Below the pieces are notes generated by a model, which ran no database searches, was not told where the DNA came from, and was given only the letters and a program-made list of their open reading frames with translations. Source: Candidatus Moraniibacteriota bacterium (lineage in GTDB: Bacteria > Patescibacteriota > Minisyncoccia > Moranbacterales > UBA2206). Taken from it: DNA of 64,000 nt. The stretch covers positions 160,474 to 224,473 of the forward strand of contig CAVZKT010000002.1 in assembly GCA_963775955.1 (NCBI GenBank). Reading direction: 5' to 3'. Below, in pieces: positions 10,986-19,173 of the stretch (the stretch's first letter is position 1; the number at the start of each line of letters is the position of its first letter). The position numbers were made by a program, and so were the translations under genes.

Positions 10986-12272
10986 ATGGATAAAAGTCAA
11001 GAGCAATTAAATAACACTAAAAATAACCCTTTAATAAAGGGAAATATTAAAGTTGCAATAGTCCATGACTTTCTGGTCCAATGTGGAGGGGCGGAGAGGG
11101 TTTTGGAGGTGCTCGCGGAAATGTTTCCGGAAGCGCCGATTTATACTTTGCTTTATGATAAAGAAAAAATGTCCGCCCAAGGCGGACCAGCCTTTGGCTG
11201 GCGCAACCGAGATATTCGCACATCTTTTTTGCAAAAATTCCCCAAATTTATCCGCAAAAGATACAAATATCTCCTGCCCCTGATGCCGACCGCGCCGGAA
11301 GTTTGGGATCTGCGTGATTTTGACCTGGTAATTTCCAGTTCCGGCGCCTGGAGCAAAGGAATAGTCACCCGCCTGAATACTATTCATATTTCCTATCTTC
11401 ACAGCCCAATGCGCTTTGTTTGGGACGCCAACAGTGAATATCTGCGCGGACAGAAAAAATGTTTTCTGGTGAACTTTTTTTCCCGGATGCTTCTCAATTA
11501 TATCCGCGTCTGGGACAAAGTAGCGGCTGACCGGCCAGATTACATTATTGCCAATTCAAAATATACGCAAAGGAGGATTGAAAAATATTATGGAAGAGAA
11601 AGTGTGGTTATTTACCCGCCCGCATCGCTACGCGAGCCCGCCTGCAACGATTGCATTTCGGGCAGGCAAGCTCGCTTGCGAAGCGTTGCGGGCGGGCCCG
11701 CCGATAGAAATGACCCGGGGTATTTTCTCGTTGTTTCCCGGCTTTCGCCTTACAAAAATGTAGATAAAATCGTGGAAGCGTTTAATAAGCTGGAATTGCC
11801 ACTGGTGGTAATCGGAGAAGGGCAACAAAAAAAATATTTGCAGAAAATCGCCGGGAAAAATATAAAAATTTTAGGCTGGCAAACGGATGAAAAAAAAGCG
11901 GAATATTATGCCAACGCCTGCGGGTTTATTTTCGCGAGCGTAGATGATTTTGGCATTACCCTGGTTGAAGCTATGGCGCACGGCTTGCCGGTGGCGGCCA
12001 TTCGCAAGGGCGGAGCATTGGAGATAGTGATCGAAGGAAAAACCGGCGAGTTTTTTGACGAGGCCACGCCGGAAGTAATTGCCGATGGAGTGAGAAGGCT
12101 AGTGGAAAATTTGGGGGACTATGACAAAGAGTTTATTGTTGGCAGGGCGAAAGAGTTTAGCAAAGAACGGTTTGTCAGAGAGTTTAGGGAATATATAAGT
12201 TCTGTAATTACAAAATCCAAAATCCAAATATCAAACAAAATCCCTGCCTGCCGGCAGGCAGGCAAAATCTAA
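10986..12272 (+). CDS. family-4 glycosyltransferase (GT4) carrying a ~90-nt GC-rich palindromic in-frame insertion and a C-terminal microsatellite/palindrome-encoded tail
   Basis: GT4 pattern: DFLVQCGGAERV...; YPPAS ... YFLVVSRLSPYKNVD ... EGFG-like FGITLVEAMAHGLPV. Insert 11625-11720 encodes LREPACNDCISGRQARLRSVAGGPADRND. The tail ITKSKIQISNKIPACRQAGKI is encoded by a microsatellite plus the palindrome cctgcctgccggcaggcagg. Confidence 0.75.
   Translation: MDKSQEQLNNTKNNPLIKGNIKVAIVHDFLVQCGGAERVLEVLAEMFPEAPIYTLLYDKEKMSAQGGPAFGWRNRDIRTSFLQKFPKFIRKRYKYLLPLMPTAPEVWDLRDFDLVISSSGAWSKGIVTRLNTIHISYLHSPMRFVWDANSEYLRGQKKCFLVNFFSRMLLNYIRVWDKVAADRPDYIIANSKYTQRRIEKYYGRESVVIYPPASLREPACNDCISGRQARLRSVAGGPADRNDPGYFLVVSRLSPYKNVDKIVEAFNKLELPLVVIGEGQQKKYLQKIAGKNIKILGWQTDEKKAEYYANACGFIFASVDDFGITLVEAMAHGLPVAAIRKGGALEIVIEGKTGEFFDEATPEVIADGVRRLVENLGDYDKEFIVGRAKEFSKERFVREFREYISSVITKSKIQISNKIPACRQAGKI
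11625..11720. repeat. GC-rich palindromic insertion inside the GT4 ORF (arms gcccgcctgcaacg / cgttgcgggcgggc; inner palindrome gcaagctcgcttgc)
   Basis: Local GC far above genome average. Dyad symmetry. In-frame (90 nt). A related palindrome lies in holB at 12549-12586. Confidence 0.6.
12243..12262. repeat. GC palindrome cctgcctgccggcaggcagg (copy 1 of 3)
   Basis: Perfect 20-nt palindrome. Identical cores at 32673-32691 and 54204-54223 (28-nt identity with the latter including the flanking gcaaaat). Confidence 0.8.
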
Positions 12273-12325
12273 AACTTTAAAAATTTTGAAGTTTAGTCAT
12301 TTGAACTTGATTTGGAATTTGAACT

Positions 12326-13268
12326 TTGAAATTTGGATTTAAAAACATTATGCACATCATCGGCCACAATAAAATCACTAACCTTTTAAACAGAAGCATT
12401 GCTCGAGGCATTGTAGGACAGGCCTATCTTTTTTCCGGTCCGGAACATCTGGGCAAGTTTACCGTGGCTTTGGATTTTGCCCAAAGATTGGCTGGCGGCA
12501 ATGTGAAAATAAATCCAGACTTAATAATTATCAGACCGGAAGGGAACCCTGCCCGCAATGCTGCGCATAGCGTTGCAGGCGGGGAAAAAAGGAATTGTTA
12601 AAAAAACTCCGCCGCGGCGGATTAAAATCGAACAAATCCGCGATCTTATACATAAGTTAAGCCTGATGGCCGCCAGCGGAAAATATAAAGTTGCCGTTAT
12701 TGACGATGCTGACCGCTTGAATAAAGCCGCGCAAAACGCGCTACTGAAAACTCTGGAAGAGCCGAATGACAAAATAGTGCTGATTTTAATTTCTCAAGAC
12801 AATAAAAAAATACTTGCGACGATTAAATCGCGCTGCCAACGGGTTAAATTCGGTCCGGTTTCCCGGGAAGAGCTTGAAAAAAATATTCCGGTTGGCGAAA
12901 AAAACAAACAAGCTTTAATTTTTTGGTCGCTGGGTCGTCCCGGATTGATGCTGAGTCTTGCGAGAGACAAATGTGAAGTTGATTTTAGAGAAGATGCGGC
13001 GGCGGAGCTGAAAATGTTGCTGAATAAAGGTTTAGCAGAAAAACTTGCTCTAGCCGAAACATTGGGAAAAGACACTCGTGAAGCGGCTAAAAAACTGAAT
13101 TTGTGGATGGTGATCCTGCGTGAAAATCTGCTGGGCAAGGGCCTTTTTGAGAAAAACCAGAAAAAATATTTAAGGATTATTGAAAATATTGAAAAAAGCC
13201 TGGAATTAATAAAAGAAACCAATTCAAATGCACGGCTTATTTTGGAAAATTTATTTTTGCATTTTTGA
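12326..13268 (+). CDS. holB: DNA polymerase III delta' subunit (HolB), frame broken at a ~38-nt GC palindrome (12549-12586)
   Basis: N-terminal part GQAYLFSGPEHLGKFTVALDFAQRL...NPDLIIIRPE; downstream frame IKIEQIRDLIHKLSLMAASGKYKVAVIDDADRLNKAAQNALLKTLEEP...SRCQRV. The junction coincides with the palindrome ccctgcccgcaa..ttgcaggcgggg. Confidence 0.7.
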
Positions 13269-13435
13269 TTAAATCCCGCAGCCAATTCCAATAAAGATAT
13301 AATTCATGGCGACCCCGGCGAAAAATTCCGACAGAGTTTTAATATAAGGTATAAATTTAATTGCGAACTCGCCTAACGGCTAAATTTTAATATAATATAT
13401 AATTTCAATAGCGAATTTTCGCGGGGTGCTCATAA

Positions 13436-14371
13436 TTGTGGCTGCTCGCGAGGCGCTCGCAGACAATTATGGCAAAATATCTGGATGCGGCCGGGTGCCG
13501 GTCTATCCGCGGACGAAAACAGATACGCTTCAAAAGTTCCAAAAAACCCGCATTTTCCAGGGCGGGAAAGTTTTTATATTATCTGATCATCCTGACTTTT
13601 TTTGGCGCGGTTGTTTATTCATTATTTTTTTCCCAATTCCTGGCGGTAACAAAAATCGAAGTCGGCGGAACGGAAAATTTAAATCCGGATGAAATACGAA
13701 AAATAGCCGAGAACAAAATAACCGGAAGTTTTTTTAATCTTATCCCCCGAAATAATATTTTACTGGTTGGCAAAAAGTCCATTGAAAAAAATATTTTGGA
13801 AAAGTATAAACGTGTCGAAAAAGTAGAAATTAAAAAAGATTTTCCCAGCAGCCTGCTTATAGAAATCAAGGAGAGAAAATTAAGCCTTATCTTTTGCAGT
13901 GGAGGAAGTTGCGGCGTGGTTGACGGCAGCGGGACTGTCTTCACCGAGGCTGACTTCGAAAAAAATGAACTCGGGGAAAACAACCTGCTGGTTCTCTACG
14001 ACGAAGGAAACAAAAATTTTGCGCTCGGAGAGGTCGTTTTTGATCAAGATTACACGGATTATCTGCTGGGCATAAAAGAAAAAATAAAAAATGAACTTGG
14101 GATCGAGATGGAACGCGAACTGCGCACTCCGCAAATTGCCTCCGGAGACATCCGCGCGAAAACCGCGGAGGGCTGGCAGGTTTATTTTGATAAAAGTATT
14201 TCCCTTAATAAAGAAATTAGCATGCTGAAAATAGTTTTGGAAAATAAGATAGACCAAAACAGGCGGACTGAGCTTGAATATATAGATCTGCGGACGGAAA
14301 ACAAGGTATATTATAAATTCAAAAACGCCGAGCAGGCGCAAGTCCAGCCGGATGAAACAAAAGAAAATTAG
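13436..14371 (+). CDS. cell division protein FtsQ/DivIB-like (TM + POTRA-like domain)
   Basis: TM helix FLYYLIILTFFGAVVYSLFF, then VTKIEVGGTENLNPDEIRKIAE...VEIKKDFPSSLLIEIKERK, typical of FtsQ. Start may be the internal Met at 13468. Confidence 0.6.
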   Translation: MWLLARRSQTIMAKYLDAAGCRSIRGRKQIRFKSSKKPAFSRAGKFLYYLIILTFFGAVVYSLFFSQFLAVTKIEVGGTENLNPDEIRKIAENKITGSFFNLIPRNNILLVGKKSIEKNILEKYKRVEKVEIKKDFPSSLLIEIKERKLSLIFCSGGSCGVVDGSGTVFTEADFEKNELGENNLLVLYDEGNKNFALGEVVFDQDYTDYLLGIKEKIKNELGIEMERELRTPQIASGDIRAKTAEGWQVYFDKSISLNKEISMLKIVLENKIDQNRRTELEYIDLRTENKVYYKFKNAEQAQVQPDETKEN

Positions 14372-16227
14372 TAATTAGCCAAATCTTCCGAGGTTATGTG
14401 ATAAATGAGGATCGAAGTGCCTGCTTGGAAAGCGGGCTTTTTGTTTTTGAGCCAGCGGTAACTTTGGTTGTCCGGCTTGGTCTTATCATACAAACTGCCC
14501 ATCAGAAAATTGGTAGAAATGGCATACCAGCCGGCTTCAATCGAACGCTTGGAATCCCACCACCGGATATATTTGTCGCCTATATAATACTTAATATCTC
14601 CGCCGCCGAAATAATCCACGCGGATAGTCCCGATTTCCGGATGGCTGTCCAAAAATGAACGCAATCGTTTCAAATCCTGGCCCCAGTCGGCGTTGGAATC
14701 GGTAACATAGCGGTAGCCATTTTTTGGACCGCCCACTGATTCATTGAAATAGGACATATAGTTGGGGAAAACTGCCACAGTTTCAATGACGAGGTAAGCA
14801 GTCAGAAGAAAAACTGACCAGGAAAAAAATAATTTGCCTCGGGTTGAGCGCCTGTTTTTCAAAAACTCACTGATATTTTTAGCAATCAGAATGTAAATAA
14901 ACGGCAGGATCGGAAAAAGGTGGCGGAAACCAATATTTAAATTGCCGGTAATGCTTAAATAAGCATACAAAGCAACAAACAAAACCGCAGATACTTCAAT
15001 AATATGCACGCGGACATAGCGGGAAACATTGCGTGAGGAATTTTTGAAAAAATTTCCAAAAGACTTGATAAAAGTCCGCCCGAATTTAAACAAAGCATAA
15101 AACAGCGCTCCGAACATTAAAAAGAGCATGGGAATCGGTTCTTTGATCATAAAAACAGTCGGGAAATAAGCGCGGAAAGCCGTGCTGGAAACTTGGCCCA
15201 TAAAATAAGCGCCATTGCCGCCAGCCACGCGGCGGAAAACATACCCGATGCCAATTCCATATTCCGTTAAGGGGCGGGTCGCCGGATTGCTATTTAGCCA
15301 GTGCAGGGTTTTGTTAGTGTAGATTTCTTTTTGGTTAGTCGCTGCCGCTGCCGGGAAATTGGCTTCAATTGAGCGCGACACTGTTTCCTTTTGCATACCA
15401 AAAGTATTGCCGGCGTAAATAATCCAGACGACAACGAGTGATGCGAAAAAAACAACCGCACCCTTGCCGATATATTCTCCTAATTTTTTGCATCTGAAAA
15501 TAAAATTACTACTTTTTTCTTCTGTGGTTTTTTTAGTAACCAAAGGATAAAGAATGGTAATCAGGGCGAAAACAGGCAGGGCGGTGATGAAAGAAAATTT
15601 TGCCAACTGCAGAAGTCCGAGAAAAATTCCGGCCAACAGAACATTTTTCCAGGTTGGATATTTAATAAACTTAAGGTAAAAATAAAAAGAAAAAACCATA
15701 AAAGCCGCGATTCCCATGTCCGTGGTTACAAAATGATTATGCCCTAAAATATTGGGATCAAAAGCGTAAAAAAGCAAAGCCAGAATTCCCGCGAATGTTC
15801 CGGCGATTTCACGCCCCCACTTGAAAATGAAAAATCCCAAAAGAAGCGAAAGCAGAATTATAGGAAAGCGCGCCCAAAAAATAATCTTATCCGGATTGTT
15901 GCCGGCCTGGTAGAGCAAATATCGTCCAGCCGCCCATTGGCCCTCGTCCCATTTTCCCGGTAAAGTTCCGGCCCAAAATGGCTGGTTAGTGTCGAAGTTT
16001 AAATGCAAAAGCAAAAGCGGCAGGCCGGCCAAATCTTTGATCAGCGGAGGATGCTCGGGATTGAGACGGATTTCGTGCCGGGTGACATAGGAATAAGCCG
16101 CGCCGATATGCGCGGTCTCGTCAAAAATGGCGCTGTCATTGCGGGCGTTTAAAATTGAAACGACGAACATAAATCCCAGGGCAAAAGCGATAATCAGCTT
16201 ATAATTTTTTTCCAGAAATTTTTGCAT
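14368..16227 (-). CDS. polytopic membrane glycosyltransferase, GT39/GT83 (PMT/ArnT-like) family
   Basis: 619 aa with many TM helices. First-loop DE motif FDETAHIGAAY, then extended hydrophobic core. Confidence 0.65.
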   Translation of the reverse strand: MQKFLEKNYKLIIAFALGFMFVVSILNARNDSAIFDETAHIGAAYSYVTRHEIRLNPEHPPLIKDLAGLPLLLLHLNFDTNQPFWAGTLPGKWDEGQWAAGRYLLYQAGNNPDKIIFWARFPIILLSLLLGFFIFKWGREIAGTFAGILALLFYAFDPNILGHNHFVTTDMGIAAFMVFSFYFYLKFIKYPTWKNVLLAGIFLGLLQLAKFSFITALPVFALITILYPLVTKKTTEEKSSNFIFRCKKLGEYIGKGAVVFFASLVVVWIIYAGNTFGMQKETVSRSIEANFPAAAATNQKEIYTNKTLHWLNSNPATRPLTEYGIGIGYVFRRVAGGNGAYFMGQVSSTAFRAYFPTVFMIKEPIPMLFLMFGALFYALFKFGRTFIKSFGNFFKNSSRNVSRYVRVHIIEVSAVLFVALYAYLSITGNLNIGFRHLFPILPFIYILIAKNISEFLKNRRSTRGKLFFSWSVFLLTAYLVIETVAVFPNYMSYFNESVGGPKNGYRYVTDSNADWGQDLKRLRSFLDSHPEIGTIRVDYFGGGDIKYYIGDKYIRWWDSKRSIEAGWYAISTNFLMGSLYDKTKPDNQSYRWLKNKKPAFQAGTSILIYHITSEDLANY

Positions 16228-16236
16228 TTTTTTATT

Positions 16237-17853
16237 TTAACGGGATAAAGTATAAAAAACTAAATCATAGGAGTCGGTAAATTGCTTTAACTTCATTCCA
16301 CAAAATCGCGAATCAATACTTCTTATTATCTGATCTTTCTGAAAATCAGTAAAAATAATCACAGTATTATTGATATCTTTTGCTTTAAGGGTATCTATAT
16401 CCATTGGGTGCAAATCGTGAAAATTGGGATTATTCCAATTAAAAATTCTTACGGGGACTCTTTGCATATTTCCAGCTGCTACAAAAATTTCTTCTTCGGA
16501 AGACAAAGTTTTTATGTAATCTTTAATGTCGGTCATGGTTGTTTCAAAGGCTTGAGCTGTTTGCGGTTTGTTGGCCCAAAAGTAAAAATATTTAACCGTA
16601 TTAAATATGCCGATAAAAACGAAAGTTATGGCCAAAAAAATTATTACGATCTTACGGTAAAAAGCGCTGCGGCCAGAAGCGAATTTAAGAACATAATTAA
16701 AGGCCAGGCCGGCGAAAATGAAAACAACCGGCAAGGTGCCGATGGCGCGCAGGGCGTGAGGATTGCTGTCAGCTCCCATAAATTCAGGCATAAGCATTGC
16801 AAAAAACCAGGTTAGCAAAATTAAATACGTAGCCATTCTAGTATCATGGATTTTTTTGATAAGCCGTAAAGCAATTGAATGAAAAGATTTTATTAGCAAA
16901 TAAATAAATCCGGAGAGAAAAGCAATGCCAGTCAGAAAATCTAAGATTGGGTAAGGCGGATAATTTTGGCGCCAATTTTGGTCGCCCCAAAAATTATACT
17001 TTGCCAGGCTCAAGCCGAAAGTTTTGAGGAATGTCATAAAAAGATAGCCATGGCTTACTGCCGGGTTAAGAATTGAAATTTCAGAAGTCCGGGAAGCCCA
17101 ATATTCAGGATGGGCGTAAAAAAACGTATAAAACATTGGAGCAGCCGCCAAACTTGCAAAAAGAGTGAAAATCACGAGATGCTTCCAATAAATCTTTATA
17201 AATTTTTCCTGCGAAAGCATGAGAAAAATCAAGGCCGCGGCAAGAATTAGTGGAGCCACGCGGAATGCGATATAAGTATGAAGTCCCAGTCCGAAAAAAA
17301 TTCCGCCAAAGGCAAAAACAAGCAGTTTTTTGGTCCGCAATCCTTTAAACAAAAAGTAAAAAGAAAAAGAGAGGAGAAAAGGAACCATTATGGCGCGGAA
17401 AGCGATGCGGCTGAAGTCAAGAGGCCAAAAAGAAACTGCCACCAGAAAGGAGCTGATCAATCCGACGCGCTGGCCAAAAAGCTCTTTAGCTAGAAGATAG
17501 ATGCCTAGAATAGTCAGCGTTCCGAAAATTATGGAAGGGAGTTTAAGTGTTAGGATGCTTACTCCAAACAGCTTAAAAGAAAGGGCTATGAGATTTATGA
17601 ACAATCCCTCGCGGCCGTTATTGTCAGGATAAAACCACTGATATTGTCCCGTATCATTAGCTTTGAGAGCATCTTGGCCGTTAACCGCTTCGTCCGGATA
17701 AACTCCGGGCGGAGCGTTATTAATATTGTAAATCCTCAAAAAAAATCCCAGGGCGATGATTAAAGCCAGCAGAATGTAAATTTTTGTTTTTTTACTCATT
17801 TTTATATTTGTTCCTATGTTTTGACTATAACATAAAAACGGTTTGTTATCCAC
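16237..17853 (-). CDS. second GT39/GT83 (PMT/ArnT-like) membrane glycosyltransferase
   Basis: YPDEAVNGQDA DE-motif loop after the first TM. 11+ predicted TM helices. Likely start at the internal Met (~17799). Confidence 0.65.
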   Translation of the reverse strand: MDNKPFLCYSQNIGTNIKMSKKTKIYILLALIIALGFFLRIYNINNAPPGVYPDEAVNGQDALKANDTGQYQWFYPDNNGREGLFINLIALSFKLFGVSILTLKLPSIIFGTLTILGIYLLAKELFGQRVGLISSFLVAVSFWPLDFSRIAFRAIMVPFLLSFSFYFLFKGLRTKKLLVFAFGGIFFGLGLHTYIAFRVAPLILAAALIFLMLSQEKFIKIYWKHLVIFTLFASLAAAPMFYTFFYAHPEYWASRTSEISILNPAVSHGYLFMTFLKTFGLSLAKYNFWGDQNWRQNYPPYPILDFLTGIAFLSGFIYLLIKSFHSIALRLIKKIHDTRMATYLILLTWFFAMLMPEFMGADSNPHALRAIGTLPVVFIFAGLAFNYVLKFASGRSAFYRKIVIIFLAITFVFIGIFNTVKYFYFWANKPQTAQAFETTMTDIKDYIKTLSSEEEIFVAAGNMQRVPVRIFNWNNPNFHDLHPMDIDTLKAKDINNTVIIFTDFQKDQIIRSIDSRFCGMKLKQFTDSYDLVFYTLSR

Positions 17854-17918
17854 AGCTATTATTGAAGGGCGATTTGTGGTATAATTTAAACAGGCTAAGA
17901 TAAATAATTATAGGAGCT

Positions 17919-18719
17919 ATGGTTTTTACAATTAGGGATCAATTCGAAAAAGGGTCTTCAGATGTTTTAATGAAAAAATTAAAAAAAGGAAGTGGTGAGT
18001 CTTCCAAAAAACCCGAAAATACGGGAAAAATTTTAGAGACAGCCAAAAGTGTCGGCGCGGCTGCGGCTGGTTTTGAGTTTCCAAAAGACGTTTTTGACAC
18101 ATATGCGGGAGAAGATAAAAGAAGCATTGAAAAAATAACAGAATATCAGGAAGAAATAAGAAAACAGCTGGCGGAATTTGGAGATGGAGGGAATAAGGTG
18201 GATAAAAATCAATTTGCCTTGGATTGTTTGTATCTTCTGGGCAATAAGGCTCCTAAAAAATTAATAAAAGCTTTTGAAGAAAAATTAAAAAAAGAAAAGC
18301 AAACAACTCCGGTATTGAAATCCGAGCCAAAGCCGGAGCCGAAACGGGAAATTAAACAAGAACAGAAGCCAAATCCGGAGACAGAAACGGAAAAGAAAAA
18401 AGAAATAGAAGAGGAGGAATTTAAGGAGGGGCTAAAAAAAATAAAAACCGGGGAAGAATTACTGGCTTATCTGGAATCATTAGGAGAAATCGCGGTTAGA
18501 AGCGAGCAAGAAGGAGTAATATTTTTTCCCGTCTATATTAAAGAAGTAAAAAAGAGCTTAGAAGACAAGCATGAGGTAATTTGGAAAACTATGCGGGATA
18601 AAATCAGGGAAATAAGGGGCGATAAAGAAACAAAAAAATACGAAAAAAAGGAAGAAAAACTTTCCTTTGAAGAATTCAAGGGAAAACATAAGGATATATG
18701 GGAGAAAAAATCTTTTTGA
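17919..18719 (+). CDS. hypothetical K/E-rich low-complexity protein, first gene of a five-gene same-strand cluster
   Basis: 266 aa, highly charged. No family recognised. Confidence 0.5.
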   Translation: MVFTIRDQFEKGSSDVLMKKLKKGSGESSKKPENTGKILETAKSVGAAAAGFEFPKDVFDTYAGEDKRSIEKITEYQEEIRKQLAEFGDGGNKVDKNQFALDCLYLLGNKAPKKLIKAFEEKLKKEKQTTPVLKSEPKPEPKREIKQEQKPNPETETEKKKEIEEEEFKEGLKKIKTGEELLAYLESLGEIAVRSEQEGVIFFPVYIKEVKKSLEDKHEVIWKTMRDKIREIRGDKETKKYEKKEEKLSFEEFKGKHKDIWEKKSF

Positions 18720-19155
18720 TGAAAAATGGGGAAAGTGGATGTTTATACAGGATTATGACGAAGAAAAAGGCGCCTGGGTCAGGTTTGGAGAAGGAACAAG
18801 ATATCTTAAACCAAAGCATATTCCTCTGGATGAATTAGACGCTCTTTTGCGGGAATATAAAAATAAGGAAGAAAAAATTAAAAAAGACGATTCTGCGGAG
18901 AGAGCGGAGGAAATTAAAAGCGCAGAAAAACAAATGGAAGAAGCGGAAAGAAAGGTTTACAAAGAATATGCCGATAAGTTCTATTTGAAATTAAGCGATG
19001 AGGAAAGAGTAAATTGGGCAGGATACACGGCGAAGCAGAAAGTAGAAACCCTTGATATTCAAACGCTGGTATTTTTACAGAAAGAACTTTCTCAAAATCC
19101 AAAATATAAAGATCATGCCGAAAAATTAGCCAAAGAAATTTTTGAAGGCAACTAA
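18667..19155 (+). CDS. hypothetical K/E-rich protein (probable start at internal Met ~18739)
   Basis: 162-aa ORF, charged, coiled-coil-like. Confidence 0.45.
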   Translation: MKNSRENIRIYGRKNLFDEKWGKWMFIQDYDEEKGAWVRFGEGTRYLKPKHIPLDELDALLREYKNKEEKIKKDDSAERAEEIKSAEKQMEEAERKVYKEYADKFYLKLSDEERVNWAGYTAKQKVETLDIQTLVFLQKELSQNPKYKDHAEKLAKEIFEGN

Positions 19156-19173
19156 AAAAGAAGAGAATAAAAT

